Shown: in pieces, positions 20,238 through 30,459 of the stretch | How the letters are laid out: every line of letters begins with the position of its first letter | How positions within the stretch are numbered: the stretch's first letter is position 1 | Origin: Longimicrobiales bacterium | GTDB lineage: Bacteria > Gemmatimonadota > Gemmatimonadetes > Longimicrobiales > Gaopeijiaceae | DNA length: 64,000 bases | Assembly (NCBI GenBank): GCA_965238005.1 | Contig: OZ250165.1 | Coordinates: 2,432,001 to 2,496,000, forward strand | Direction: 5' to 3' | The notes under the pieces: model-generated | Databases searched by the model: none | Seen by the model: the letters and a program-made list of their open reading frames with translations, nothing else | Told to the model about the DNA's origin: nothing | Program-made: the position numbers and the translations under genes

Positions 20238-21085
20238 GGCGGTGGGTGGCTCGTCCTGGCAGCGGCCAGCGCACGCCTCATGGCGCCCACGGGGCCGGGT
20301 TCTCCCCACCACCTCTCGAAGGCCACCGCTCCCTGTTGCACGAGCATCTCCCCCCCGTCCACGGCTCGAAGCCCGAGGCTCTCGGCCGATTCCACGAACG
20401 AAGTGGTGTCCGAACCATACACCAGATCGATGACGGCACCCGCCCTCGCCAGACGGCCCAGGTCGACTGGGAGCTTATCGCCGGGAGCAAGGCCCAGCCG
20501 CGTCGCGTTCACGACCAGGTCGAAGATGCCGTCGTGCATGGCTCGCGGAGCCTCGGCCACCCGCACCCTCTCTCCGCCGATCCGTCTTGCAACCGTCCGT
20601 GCCCGCTCCGTCGTGCGATTCAGGAGGAGCACATCCTCGACGCCATCGTCCAGGAGTGCCACGAGGGCCGCCCGGGCCGCGCCGCCCGCCCCGAGGAGCA
20701 ACACACGGAATCCCTCGGGAGATCTTCCGAGGAAGTGCTGGAGCGCCCGGCGAAAGCCTTCGACATCGGTGTTGTCGCCGCAGACCTTTCCGTCTCTGCC
20801 CCAGAAGGTGTTGCAGGCCCCCGTACGCCTTACCGCCTCGGACCGCTCATCAAGGAACGAGGCGGCCTTCTCCTTGTGTGGCAGGGTGATGTTCCCCCCT
20901 CCCCCCGCGCGCCCGAGGCCGTGCATGAAGCCCACCAAATCGGGTGCCTCGCACCGGAGGGCCACGTACACGCCATCCACCCCGGCCTCGCGGAATGCGG
21001 CGTTCTGGATCACCGGGGAGAGTGAGTGATCTACCGGATCCCCCAGGAGTGCCAGCACCCGCGTTCTCGAAGTGACCGATGTCAT
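20234..21085 (-). CDS. aroE: Shikimate dehydrogenase
   Basis: GDPVDHSLSP, NITLPHK, NTDVEG, GAGGAAR; start ATG 21085. Confidence 0.93.
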   Translation of the reverse strand: MTSVTSRTRVLALLGDPVDHSLSPVIQNAAFREAGVDGVYVALRCEAPDLVGFMHGLGRAGGGGNITLPHKEKAASFLDERSEAVRRTGACNTFWGRDGKVCGDNTDVEGFRRALQHFLGRSPEGFRVLLLGAGGAARAALVALLDDGVEDVLLLNRTTERARTVARRIGGERVRVAEAPRAMHDGIFDLVVNATRLGLAPGDKLPVDLGRLARAGAVIDLVYGSDTTSFVESAESLGLRAVDGGEMLVQQGAVAFERWWGEPGPVGAMRRALAAARTSHPPP

Positions 21086-21624
21086 GGGTCGTTTCCCGCT
21101 ATCGATTTCCCGACATCCTCTGACTCCTCCGCAACCTCCAAGTCCCTGGAGTCGCGGTGGAGCCTTGCCACGGCGGCTTCCACCAACTCCTCCAGGATGC
21201 GGAAGCTGTCCCGATAGGCCTCGATGTCGCCAGCGAAGGGATCGGGAACCCCCCAGCCCCGGCCGCTCTCCTGACCCTCGGCGAAGGCCGACAGCATGGC
21301 CGCCTTGCCATGGCCGCCAAGCGCCTCCACCGCCGCCAACTGGTAGGCGCCCATGGTGAGGACGACGTCCGCCCACTCGACCAGCTCCTCGCTCAGAGGG
21401 CTGCTTCGGTGACCTTCGAGATCGAGTCCCTGTTCTGCCGCGGCCTGGACTGCTCCCTCGCTGGCGGTACTCCCTGGGAAGGCGGAGACCCCCGCCGACC
21501 GGGTCTCGGCGTCGTCCCACGCGAGGCGCTCGAGCATACGTTCGGCGATGGCACGGGCCATGGGACTCCGGCAGGTGTTTCCCGTGCACACGAACAAGAG
21601 ACGGAGGCGGGCCCGTTCACTCAC
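21082..21624 (-). CDS. Low molecular weight protein tyrosine/arginine phosphatase
   Basis: LFVCTGNTCRSPMA P-loop, PDPF; start GTG 21624. Confidence 0.9.
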   Translation of the reverse strand: MSERARLRLLFVCTGNTCRSPMARAIAERMLERLAWDDAETRSAGVSAFPGSTASEGAVQAAAEQGLDLEGHRSSPLSEELVEWADVVLTMGAYQLAAVEALGGHGKAAMLSAFAEGQESGRGWGVPDPFAGDIEAYRDSFRILEELVEAAVARLHRDSRDLEVAEESEDVGKSIAGNDP

Positions 21625-22303
21625 TGGACCTGGCCTCGATAACTGGACTGGCCTCGATCTCGGGGAGCACGCAACGAACTCGACCCAGAGGTATGGTGCC
21701 CTGCCGCACCACAACAGCCGCGGCTCCGGAGCAGTCGACGATGGTGGAAGGTGGCGAGGGAGGGAGGGTCCCTCCATCGAGGACCCAGAGCTCCTCGCCC
21801 ACGCCGAGGGCCCGCGCCAACTCCATGGCGCGATGCGCATCCAGCGCCGGTGGCTCGCCCGGCTCGTTGGCACTCGTGGATACGAGCGGCCCATCGAGCC
21901 CTTCGACCAGAGCCTTCACGAGGGGGTGAGGGCTCATCCGAACCGCTACGGCCCCCGATGCGCCACGGACCCCGGGGGGAAAGTGGGCTTCGGGATCAGA
22001 GAGGATCAGGGTGACGGAGCCCGGCCAGAATACGTCTGCGAGCTGAGCCGCCGCCTCCGTCCAGATCAGTTCGTCCACGGTCTCCTTGCGCGGAATCAGA
22101 ATCAGCATGGGCTTCCCGGATTCCCGGCCCTTAAGGGCGGCAAGCCTCGCGACGACATCGTCACTCGGGATTCCCCCGAACCCATAGACGGTCTCGGTGG
22201 GATATGCCAGGAGTCCCCCACCTCTGAGGTGCTCGAGGATGGGCGCGACGTCCAGGTCGTCCACGGGAATCGACCGAAGGTCCAGGAGCCGTGGCCCGCT
22301 CAC
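21617..22303 (-). CDS. tsaC: L-threonylcarbamoyladenylate synthase (Sua5/YrdC)
   Basis: YPTETVYG, KGR, WPG, STSAN, STIVD; start GTG overlapping the ispD stop. Confidence 0.9.
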   Translation of the reverse strand: MSGPRLLDLRSIPVDDLDVAPILEHLRGGGLLAYPTETVYGFGGIPSDDVVARLAALKGRESGKPMLILIPRKETVDELIWTEAAAQLADVFWPGSVTLILSDPEAHFPPGVRGASGAVAVRMSPHPLVKALVEGLDGPLVSTSANEPGEPPALDAHRAMELARALGVGEELWVLDGGTLPPSPPSTIVDCSGAAAVVVRQGTIPLGRVRCVLPEIEASPVIEARSSE

Positions 22304-23022
22304 GGCGCCCGTCGGGCCAGGACCGACTCCGCCACTTCCAGATCTTCCTGGCGCGTGATCTTCAGGTTCGTGGGCGACGATTCCACCATGACCACCCTGC
22401 CCCCACTCTTCTCGACCAGTGCCGCGTCGTCGGTGGCCGGCCAATCCTCGGCTACCGCCCGCCGATAAGCCTCGAGGATCTGTGCTCCCGGAAAGGCCTG
22501 GGGGGTCTGCGCGTGCCAGAGGCTCGAGCGCTCGGGAGTCCCGGTGACGCTCCCGAATTCATCGACCCGTTTTATGGTGTCCACGGCCGAGAAGCCGGCA
22601 ACGGCCCCCGCGCCGCCCGCGGCCACTTCGATACATCGGGCGATAACCTCGGGCGATACCAGGGGGCGGGCCCCATCATGCACCACGACGACGTCGAGGT
22701 CTGGAGGCAGCGCCTGAAGTCCCGCCCACACCGAGTCGCGGCGGGTCTCGCCCCCCTCGACGACCCGGATGCGATCGTCCCGGTCGGTCAGCCAGGAGGG
22801 GGGTTGCTCCACGTGTTCGGCGGGGAGCGTCACGACGACGACCCGCACGCCCGGGTGAGCAAGAAACGGCTGGACGGCTCGAAGAAGGATGGGCTCGCCG
22901 GCTAGGCTGAGAAACTGCTTGCGCTCCCCGCCCATGCGCCGAGCCATCCCGGCTGCGGGCACCACGATCCCGACGCTGGGGGCCTGCCCCGCCTCCGCAC
23001 CGTCAGCCGAGGGTCCGCTCAC
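22300..23022 (-). CDS. ispD: 2-C-methyl-D-erythritol 4-phosphate cytidylyltransferase
   Basis: PAAG..RRMG, VHDGARP, QTPQAF, TDD, NLKIT. Confidence 0.95.
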   Translation of the reverse strand: MSGPSADGAEAGQAPSVGIVVPAAGMARRMGGERKQFLSLAGEPILLRAVQPFLAHPGVRVVVVTLPAEHVEQPPSWLTDRDDRIRVVEGGETRRDSVWAGLQALPPDLDVVVVHDGARPLVSPEVIARCIEVAAGGAGAVAGFSAVDTIKRVDEFGSVTGTPERSSLWHAQTPQAFPGAQILEAYRRAVAEDWPATDDAALVEKSGGRVVMVESSPTNLKITRQEDLEVAESVLARRAP

Positions 23023-24434
23023 AGACCGTCGTGCCCGCCTGCCCCCGGGTCGGCCTCGTCCCGCTGCTCGCTGGTCACTGAATCGAAGCGCGTGTACGCT
23101 TTGTGGAAGTACAGGTTCACTACGCCGGTAGGGCCGTTACGCTGCTTTGCGACCATCAGCTCGGACTTCCCCTCCAGAGAGTTTCCGTCCTTGTCCACGG
23201 GGCCAAAGTAGTACTCGGGCCGGTACAGAAACATGACCAGATCGGCATCCTGCTCGATCGACCCACTGTCACGCAGGTCCGACAGTTGAGGCCGCCGATC
23301 CGTCCGCTGCTCCGGAGCCCGGTTGAGTTGGCTAACGGCGATGACGGGAACGTTGAGCTCCCGGGCCAGGGCCTTCAGGCCCCGGGAGATCTCGCTGACC
23401 TCCTGGACCCGGTTCTCCCACCTCGTGTTGCCCGACATGAGCTGCATGTAGTCGATGATCAACAGGCCGAGATCCGTATCGGACTTCAGCCGTCGGGCCT
23501 TGGCCCGCATCTCCAGGATCGTGCTTCCCGGCGAGTCGTCGATCCAAAGCGGAGCGGTGTTGAGGTGCCCAGCCGCCGCCGCGAGACGCTGGTATTCGTC
23601 CGGGCTCAGCTTGCCACGACGGAGCCTTTGGGCATCCACGCGACCCTCGGCACACAGGAAGCGCTGGACTAGCTGCTCCTTCGACATCTCCAGGGAGAAG
23701 ATGGCCACCGTCGTGTTGTGCTCGATGGCCGCGGTCTGCGCCACGTTCAGGACCCAGGAGGTCTTTCCCATCGAGGGCCGGGCGGCCACCACGATCAGGT
23801 CACCCTTCTGCAAGCCCGTTGTCATGCGGTCCAGGTCTCTCAAGCCGGTGGCCACGCCCGTGATTCCCCCGGCGGACTCCTGCAGCCGCTCGATGTGCTC
23901 GAAGGTCGGCCACAGGATCTCCTTGATCCACACGAAGCCCTCCCGGGCGTGGCTCTCGGCTACCCGGAAGACCCGCTGCTCCGCCTGGTCCAGCACCTCC
24001 TCCACGTCCCGCTCACCCTGGTCGTAGACGTCCCGGATGATGTCCGACGCGGCGCCGATGAGCCGCCTTAGGAGCGCCTTGTCCCGGACGATGCGCGCGT
24101 GGTACTCGATGTTGGCCGCCGTCGGCACGGCATCCAACAGCTCCGCCAGATAGGTGGCGCCACCGGCCGATTCGAGCTCGTTCGTCTTCTTGAGCTCTTC
24201 GTTGAGCGTGATCACGTCGACCACGTCGCCGCGCTCGAAGAGGCGGGCCATGGACCGGAACAGGCGCCGGTTGGCCTCCCGGTAGAACATGGAGTCGTCG
24301 ACGACCTCGATGGCCCTGGCGACAGCATCGTTGTCGATGAGCATTCCACCCAGAACCGAGACCTCCGCCTCGAGAGAGTACGGTGGCTGGCGGTCGTACT
24401 CGGGCGCCGCCGCAGGGATCGATGCAGTCTCCAT
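23019..24434 (-). CDS. dnaB: Replicative DNA helicase
   Basis: AARPSMGKT Walker A, IIDYMQL, SQLNR, DLRDSGSIEQDAD; no intein. Confidence 0.96.
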   Translation of the reverse strand: METASIPAAAPEYDRQPPYSLEAEVSVLGGMLIDNDAVARAIEVVDDSMFYREANRRLFRSMARLFERGDVVDVITLNEELKKTNELESAGGATYLAELLDAVPTAANIEYHARIVRDKALLRRLIGAASDIIRDVYDQGERDVEEVLDQAEQRVFRVAESHAREGFVWIKEILWPTFEHIERLQESAGGITGVATGLRDLDRMTTGLQKGDLIVVAARPSMGKTSWVLNVAQTAAIEHNTTVAIFSLEMSKEQLVQRFLCAEGRVDAQRLRRGKLSPDEYQRLAAAAGHLNTAPLWIDDSPGSTILEMRAKARRLKSDTDLGLLIIDYMQLMSGNTRWENRVQEVSEISRGLKALARELNVPVIAVSQLNRAPEQRTDRRPQLSDLRDSGSIEQDADLVMFLYRPEYYFGPVDKDGNSLEGKSELMVAKQRNGPTGVVNLYFHKAYTRFDSVTSEQRDEADPGAGGHDGL

Positions 24435-25216
24435 CAGCTTCCGTCCATTACCTGTCGAAGGAGCTGGAGATCGTCCCATGTGGAGCGGGTCCAGCCCGGG
24501 TTTCGTAGCAGCGCCGCCGGGTGGTAGGTCACCACCAGGGGGACGCCTTGGTAGCTATACACAGAGCCTCGCAGCTTCCCGAGGGGTCGATCGGTCGCCG
24601 TCAGGAGCTGAGCGGCGAAGGTGCCTACGGCCAGAATAACCTCCGGCGCAACCAGCGCAATCTGCCCCTTCAAATACGGCGCACAGAGGTTGATTTCATC
24701 CGCCATGGGATCGCGATTCCCAGGCGGACGACACTTGAGCACGTTGCAGATGTAGACGGACTCCTGCCGCGACAGATCCACCGACGCCAGGATAAGATCG
24801 AGGAGCTTCCCCGCCTGGCCGACGAACGGAAGACCGGTGCGATCCTCGTTGGCGCCGGGGGCCTCTCCCACGACCATGAGGCGCGCGTTGGGATTCCCGT
24901 CGGAGAAGACCACGTTCGTTCTCGTGTGGGCCAGCCGACAGAGCTGGCACACCTCGGCGGTGGCCTTGAGTCCTTCGTAGTCCAAGGCGCCCAGGTCGCG
25001 CGGCTGCGCAGCGGCGCCGTCGTCCGGTTCCCCTGCACCCGCCGGCGGTGAGGCGACGCTCTCCCCCGTCGACCGGGCCATCGCGAGCGCTCCTGCGGTG
25101 GTCGCCAGGACCTGCTTCCTGGAGAGCTCATCCAGGAAGAGTTCCGGCATGCCGAGCTCCTTCTTCTGCCCTAGGAAGCGCACGACTCGTTCGATCTCCC
25201 GGGGGCTACGGCTCAC
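24434..25216 (-). CDS. Uracil-DNA glycosylase family 4
   Basis: CQLC, GEAPG, PFVG, KCRPPGNR, TYHPAALL. Confidence 0.93.
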   Translation of the reverse strand: MSRSPREIERVVRFLGQKKELGMPELFLDELSRKQVLATTAGALAMARSTGESVASPPAGAGEPDDGAAAQPRDLGALDYEGLKATAEVCQLCRLAHTRTNVVFSDGNPNARLMVVGEAPGANEDRTGLPFVGQAGKLLDLILASVDLSRQESVYICNVLKCRPPGNRDPMADEINLCAPYLKGQIALVAPEVILAVGTFAAQLLTATDRPLGKLRGSVYSYQGVPLVVTYHPAALLRNPGWTRSTWDDLQLLRQVMDGS

Positions 25217-26454
25217 GGGCGGCTCTCCAGGAGGCTCGTGACCCGGTCCAGGATGATCTCGGCCACCTCGTCCTTGCTCAGGAGAGGCAGCTCCTCGTTG
25301 GGCTTCCCCGGGGTGAGCAGGGTCACTCGATTCGTGTCCACCTCAAACCCGGCACCCTCCTCGGTCGCGTCGTTGGCCACGAGCAGGTCGAAGTCCTTCG
25401 TCTCGAGCTTCTTCTGGCCGTTCTCCAACAGGGATCGGGTCTCGAGGGCGAAGCCCACCACGATGGACCCCGTCTTGCGACGCCCCCGGGTTCCCCCGGC
25501 AACGTCGGGATTCTCGGTAAGGCTCAGGGCCAGCTCGGGCCCCACGCCGGCCCGCTTGAGCTTCCCCTCCGATGGATCCGCCGGGCGGAAGTCCGCCACG
25601 GCCGACGCGAAGATGGACACGTCCGCTTCGGGCAGGCCCTCCGACACCTCGTCGAACATCTCCTGGGCCGTCTCCACCCGAAGGACCTCGACCCCGTGCG
25701 GGTCTTGGAGAGCCACCGGCCCGGACACAACCCTGACCTCGGCCCCCCGCCTCCACGCAGCCGCCGCCAGGGCAAAGCCCATGCGGCCTGATGAACGATT
25801 CCCAAGGTAGCGCACCGGATCGATGGCCTCTCGGGTCGGACCCGCCGTCACCAGAACGCGCTTCCCCTCGAGGGGCGAGGGCGTGACCAGGGCACGGCCC
25901 ACCTCTTCGATGATCTCGGCGGGCTCGAGCATTCTCCCAGGCCCCTCCCCCTCGCCGTAGGCCAAGGGGCCCACGGCCGGTCCGGCGATGCGATAGGACG
26001 AGGACTCTCGCAGATGGGCGATGTTGGCCTGGGTCTGGGGATGCGCGAACATGCGATCGTTCATGGATGGACAGAGGACCACTGGGGCACGGGTTGCCAG
26101 AAGCGTGGTCGTGAGGAGGTCGTTGGCGCGTCCCTGGGCGGCCCGTGCCAGGAAGTCGGCCGTGGCCGGCGCCACGCACACCACGTCGGCCTCCCGCCCG
26201 AGTCTGATATGGAGCGCCGCGCCCTCGGCGGAGAAGAGCTCGGTGAGGGCCGGGCGGCCGGTCACACCCTCGAAGGAGAGGGGTTGGATGAACTGCCGGG
26301 CGCCGCGCGTGAGAACGGCATCCACGGTGGCACCGAGACGCGTGAGGTCACGGGCGAGCTGGACGGCCTTGTAGGCCGCGATGCCCCCTGTGACTCCAAG
26401 AACGACCCGGCGTCCCTCCCAAGGACGCCGCGGACCCAATACGCTTCCAGGCAA
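25213..26454 (-). CDS. coaBC: Phosphopantothenoylcysteine decarboxylase/ligase
   Basis: GVTGGIAAYK, TAGPTREAIDPVR, NRSSGRMG, GFALET. Confidence 0.95.
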   Translation of the reverse strand: MPGSVLGPRRPWEGRRVVLGVTGGIAAYKAVQLARDLTRLGATVDAVLTRGARQFIQPLSFEGVTGRPALTELFSAEGAALHIRLGREADVVCVAPATADFLARAAQGRANDLLTTTLLATRAPVVLCPSMNDRMFAHPQTQANIAHLRESSSYRIAGPAVGPLAYGEGEGPGRMLEPAEIIEEVGRALVTPSPLEGKRVLVTAGPTREAIDPVRYLGNRSSGRMGFALAAAAWRRGAEVRVVSGPVALQDPHGVEVLRVETAQEMFDEVSEGLPEADVSIFASAVADFRPADPSEGKLKRAGVGPELALSLTENPDVAGGTRGRRKTGSIVVGFALETRSLLENGQKKLETKDFDLLVANDATEEGAGFEVDTNRVTLLTPGKPNEELPLLSKDEVAEIILDRVTSLLESRP

Positions 26455-26491
26455 GGCCCCTCGCTTCTGGCAGACGCCGGGCCGGTGGGGG

Positions 26492-26707
26492 CTATTCCTC
26501 CCGCTTCCGACGCCCTACCAGGCGGAATTCGATCTGTCCGGAGGTGAGTGCCTCCAGCGACTTGGTGGTGAGCTTCTTCTCCTCACCGAGCGGGAGCGTC
26601 TCCCTCGGCAACGCGTTGAGCTCCCGAGCGTACTTCGCTGCCACGAGCACGCCGAGATACTTGCTCTGGGTGTGCTTGGCAGACTCGTCGGGTGTGAATA
26701 CGCGCAT
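26492..26707 (-). CDS. rpoZ: RNA polymerase omega subunit
   Basis: SKYLGVLVAAKYAREL; canonical gmk-rpoZ-coaBC order. Confidence 0.85.
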   Translation of the reverse strand: MRVFTPDESAKHTQSKYLGVLVAAKYARELNALPRETLPLGEEKKLTTKSLEALTSGQIEFRLVGRRKREE

Positions 26708-26732
26708 CAGCGAACTCCTGGGCGACGCCCTC

Positions 26733-27434
26733 TTACGTTGTTTTCCGGTAAGGACTTAAGGTACTCCAGCTCGGGGCGGAGGTGAAGCCCGCCTCGAGGA
26801 TCTCGTCGATTCGCCCTTGAAGTTGGCGAATCGTGCCGGATAAGTCGATGGCCCGAGAGGCCGGAGATCCCTCGCCGGCGGCGATGGCTCTCACCTCGCC
26901 GACGGCCTGATCCAGATCCTCGTTGACTACCACGTAGTCGAAATCCAGAGCCCGCTCCAGCTCTCCTCGGGCGTTTCGAAGCCTCCGCTTCACGCGCTCG
27001 TCGTCCTCCGTTCCCCTCCCTCTGAGGCGCTCCACGAGGGTATCGGCGGAGGGCGGAAGAACGAAGACGAGGATCGCGTCCGGGACACGGGTCCGCAGCT
27101 GCATGGCACCCTGGACGTCGATGTCCATGACAAGGTGCTGTCCCCGTTCCAACGCCGCGTGGAGGTTCCTTCCCGGGGTGCCGTACATGTGCCCATGCAC
27201 CTCGGCCCACTCCAGCAGCTCCCCGGCGTCCAGCATCACCTGGAAGTCCGACTCTTCTACGAAGTGATAGTGTACGCCGTCCGCCTCGTGCTCCCGGGCC
27301 GGGCGCGTCGTGGCTGAGACCGAGAACACGAAGTCGTCCCATCCTCGGACGAGGGCCTTGGCAATGGACGTCTTCCCCGCCCCGCTGGGGGCGGCCAGAA
27401 CCACCGCTGGGGCTTCGCGGCCGCCCGAGCTCAC
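26733..27434 (-). CDS. gmk: Guanylate kinase
   Basis: APSGAGKT, SATTRPAR..E.DGVHY, YGTP. Confidence 0.95.
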   Translation of the reverse strand: MSSGGREAPAVVLAAPSGAGKTSIAKALVRGWDDFVFSVSATTRPAREHEADGVHYHFVEESDFQVMLDAGELLEWAEVHGHMYGTPGRNLHAALERGQHLVMDIDVQGAMQLRTRVPDAILVFVLPPSADTLVERLRGRGTEDDERVKRRLRNARGELERALDFDYVVVNEDLDQAVGEVRAIAAGEGSPASRAIDLSGTIRQLQGRIDEILEAGFTSAPSWSTLSPYRKTT

Positions 27435-28324
27435 TCCACGTTCTCCAGCTGCTCGCGGAGGCGCTCGATCTCTTCCTTGAGGGAGACCGCCGCCTGACCG
27501 ATCTCCGAGTCGTTGGCCTTGGACCCGACGGTGTTGGCCTCCCGGTGCATCTCCTGGATCACGAACCCCAGGCGCTTGCCCACGGGCTCGGGAGGATCGG
27601 TCGCCAGGGTCTCACGGAAGAGCTCAACGTGAGAGCGGAAGCGAACGAGCTCCTCGTTGATGTCCCACTTCTCGGCCAGGTACGCGATCTCGCGGGCCAG
27701 CCTGTCCTCGTCCACTGGATGGCCTTCCATGAGCTCGGCCACCGCCCCCCGAAGGCGATCCCGCTCTTCGACCAGGCGCTCCGGCGCCCGTCGCTCCATG
27801 AGGCCGAGGTGGGTCTCGATGGCATCCAGTCGCTCCTTCAGATCCGCCTGTAGTCTGGCTCCCTCGGTCTCCCGCATGCCGACCACGGCCCCGGCGGCCG
27901 CCTCAGTGAGCTCCTTGATCACGGCCGTGTCCACGTCGGCAGACCCGCTCGCCGGGTCAGGGGCCCTGAAGATCTCCCCGAAGCGGGCCACGTGGGACAG
28001 CTCCACCGGCCCCTCGAGATCCAGCTCGCTCCTGAGGGTCTCCAAGAGCTCCCGGTAACGCGTGGCCTTGTCCAGATCGAGCTCCGGAAGGGCCTGGTCT
28101 CCGCTCGTGAGGCCGCGGTCCACCGTGAGGGTGTAGGTCACGTGCCCCCGTCCGATGAAGAGGCGCAGCCAGGACTGGATCTCGGTCTCGAGCCGGTCGA
28201 AGCCCGGCGGCGTCCGCAGGCTGGCGTTGAAGAACCGATGGTTGACGGTCCTGATCTCGACACGGACGAGGCCAGCGTCGGTGGCCTCCTCAGCCTCGCC
28301 GAAGCCGGTCATGCTTCGAATCAT
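27431..28324 (-). CDS. yicC: YicC/YloC family endoribonuclease
   Basis: MIRSMTGFG, DINEELVR, QEMHREANTVGSK, REQLENVE. Confidence 0.93.
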   Translation of the reverse strand: MIRSMTGFGEAEEATDAGLVRVEIRTVNHRFFNASLRTPPGFDRLETEIQSWLRLFIGRGHVTYTLTVDRGLTSGDQALPELDLDKATRYRELLETLRSELDLEGPVELSHVARFGEIFRAPDPASGSADVDTAVIKELTEAAAGAVVGMRETEGARLQADLKERLDAIETHLGLMERRAPERLVEERDRLRGAVAELMEGHPVDEDRLAREIAYLAEKWDINEELVRFRSHVELFRETLATDPPEPVGKRLGFVIQEMHREANTVGSKANDSEIGQAAVSLKEEIERLREQLENVE

Positions 28325-28389
28325 CTCAGAAAGTCCCTCGTGAATCGCAGAATGTAAGGAGGCGGTCCATCCAATTCCTCACGGTTCAT

Positions 28390-30459
28390 CTAATTATTCA
28401 TGGTCCAGCGAACCCCGTACAGTGTGCGAAAGCGGGGCTGCTGGCGACCGGGAAAGTCGAAGTTGTCGTCCTTCCCCGCGACGTTCTCCCAGCGAATGAA
28501 GATGTTCAAATTGACGATCCGCACCTGGATCAGCGTGAACCAGTCCTGGTAGAAAGGCACCCGTAGCAGAGGCGGTCCGGCCGGCTCGCCGTCGGGATCC
28601 GGCTCCGGGTCTCCCCCAGAGTCTACGGGATCGGCTACCGGCGGATCGGGATCGATGATGGGCAGAAGCATGGGATCGCGACCGGCCACTCCAATCGTCC
28701 CCCAGACCTCCAGGTTCCTCGACTCCTTGAAGACCCCGTGGTAGGTGATGGCTCCGTCCCAGGTGCGCTTGGGGAGGTAGGCCTGCTCTTCGTCCCACGA
28801 CTGGAAGGCCGCTTCCACCCTGAACCCCGACATGGGGAGGGGCAGGCTGACGGATACCTCGTAGCCGGTGCGCTTTCCGCCCTGCAACGCCACCGCGTCC
28901 CGATCCAGGAGAAGCCCCAGGGGGCGTAGTGAGTCCGCTTCCACCGAGAGCCACGCTCCCGACAAAGCCAGACTCCTCCAGGTGAAGGTGGCTCCAGCAC
29001 GTATTCCGGTCCGTTCCGTGAAGCGCGCCACGGGCCTCTCCAGGGGCTGGATGCTGTCCTGTGGCTCCGGTTCGGGATCCGGGGGTGGGGCCTCGGGATC
29101 CTCCGGATCCTGTGGCTCCGGCTCGAGGGATCGAAGGTACTCCTCGAACTCCGGAACGAAGGGTGCACCGCTTTTGCCGTCCTCGTAGGAGGCGAAGAGG
29201 GACAGTCCCAGCAGCGGTGCCGTGACGGCACGGGCTCTCCAGGAAGAAGCGCTCTCATCGGACCAGCGCTCCAGCCGCAGTGATCCGTCGACCGAGAGCG
29301 ACTGTGGCTGGGACCCGCCCACCGCCAGCTCATAGGTGCTGGTCGGCAAGCCCTCGCCGGAAAGAAACCGGGCGGCGGCATTCCCCCAGGCTCGTCCCCT
29401 CTCGTAGCCGGCCCGAAGCCCGAGCTGGGAGCGCCTGGCGTCGATGCCGCCGTACACGGGGTCGTCCACGTCGCCCGTCAGGGACGAGGCACCCCAGTAG
29501 GCTTCACCGATCAAGTCGTTCGTGAAGCGCCACCTTCCCCTCAGGTTCCAGTCGTTCCGGGTGAGGTTGCTGGGAAAGTCCTCCACGTCGGTCTTCGTGG
29601 CGAAGCGTCGGAGCTCCGCCGAGAGTCCGCCCCGATTGCTTCGGGCCACGGCGTACCTGAGCCCGATTCCGCTGAGGGAGCCGGCGGCGTCGAGACCCGG
29701 CCCCCGAGTCTCCACCCGATCCAGCGTGAACGTGAGGGCGCCGCCCAGCGAGTTGGGGTGGGCCAAGACGCCGCGGAGGACGTTCGTGCTCAGATCGCCC
29801 GTTCCCACGTCCACCATGCTCACGGGCTCCGGCTCGGTGGGCTCCCGGGTTCGGATCTCGATGCGTAGCTCTCCGGGATGCCGCTCCACCCGCACCTCGT
29901 CGAGTCCTGCCAGGCCGATGCGCGACAGATCCGCCGCCCCCCCATCCAGGGGGACCCACTCGAAGCCGTCCCAAAGGACCCGGACGCGCCCTCCCGCGGC
30001 GCCGAATGCCATGGCGGCCAGGGGCGTCCCGTAGTCTCCCCCCTTCAGGGCGATCACTCCCGGAACTTGACTGACCAGCTCGGCGAGCGTGAGCGCCCGA
30101 TTGGACGCCAGTGCGGATCGATCCCAGCTCCACACCGCCACTTCCCAGGAGGGCGCTACGCCGGACCGGAACTGCGGAAACGTATCCACGGCGCTGGACA
30201 GGGAGTCGACCACGGCCGCCAGCGAGTCCAGAACCTGCTGGAGCGAATCCGACACCACCGGCAGACTGTCCGGTACCTGCAGACTGTCCGGTGCCTGCAG
30301 CGTGTCCGGCACCTGGGCGCTCGCGATCCCGGGCATCAGGACGCCCGCGAGGGCGAGCCCCGTGGCGAAGCACCCAACGCGCAACGCCCCGGCCGTGCGG
30401 GCCCGGGGCGCGTAAGAGCGGCGGAAGGCCAGTCTCACGCGGCCCGGCTTCGAACCCAC
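28390..30459 (-). CDS. Putative outer-membrane beta-barrel protein with TonB plug-like N-domain (start uncertain)
   Basis: Signal-like segment, xxDSL repeats, LAELVSQVPGV plug-like segment, C-terminal YGVRW beta-signal-like end. Confidence 0.6.
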   Translation of the reverse strand: MGSKPGRVRLAFRRSYAPRARTAGALRVGCFATGLALAGVLMPGIASAQVPDTLQAPDSLQVPDSLPVVSDSLQQVLDSLAAVVDSLSSAVDTFPQFRSGVAPSWEVAVWSWDRSALASNRALTLAELVSQVPGVIALKGGDYGTPLAAMAFGAAGGRVRVLWDGFEWVPLDGGAADLSRIGLAGLDEVRVERHPGELRIEIRTREPTEPEPVSMVDVGTGDLSTNVLRGVLAHPNSLGGALTFTLDRVETRGPGLDAAGSLSGIGLRYAVARSNRGGLSAELRRFATKTDVEDFPSNLTRNDWNLRGRWRFTNDLIGEAYWGASSLTGDVDDPVYGGIDARRSQLGLRAGYERGRAWGNAAARFLSGEGLPTSTYELAVGGSQPQSLSVDGSLRLERWSDESASSWRARAVTAPLLGLSLFASYEDGKSGAPFVPEFEEYLRSLEPEPQDPEDPEAPPPDPEPEPQDSIQPLERPVARFTERTGIRAGATFTWRSLALSGAWLSVEADSLRPLGLLLDRDAVALQGGKRTGYEVSVSLPLPMSGFRVEAAFQSWDEEQAYLPKRTWDGAITYHGVFKESRNLEVWGTIGVAGRDPMLLPIIDPDPPVADPVDSGGDPEPDPDGEPAGPPLLRVPFYQDWFTLIQVRIVNLNIFIRWENVAGKDDNFDFPGRQQPRFRTLYGVRWTMNN

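Noticed and set aside
30200..30320. Short xxDSL peptide repeats in the outer-membrane protein
   Set aside because: A low-complexity linker after the signal peptide; no independent significance is supportable.
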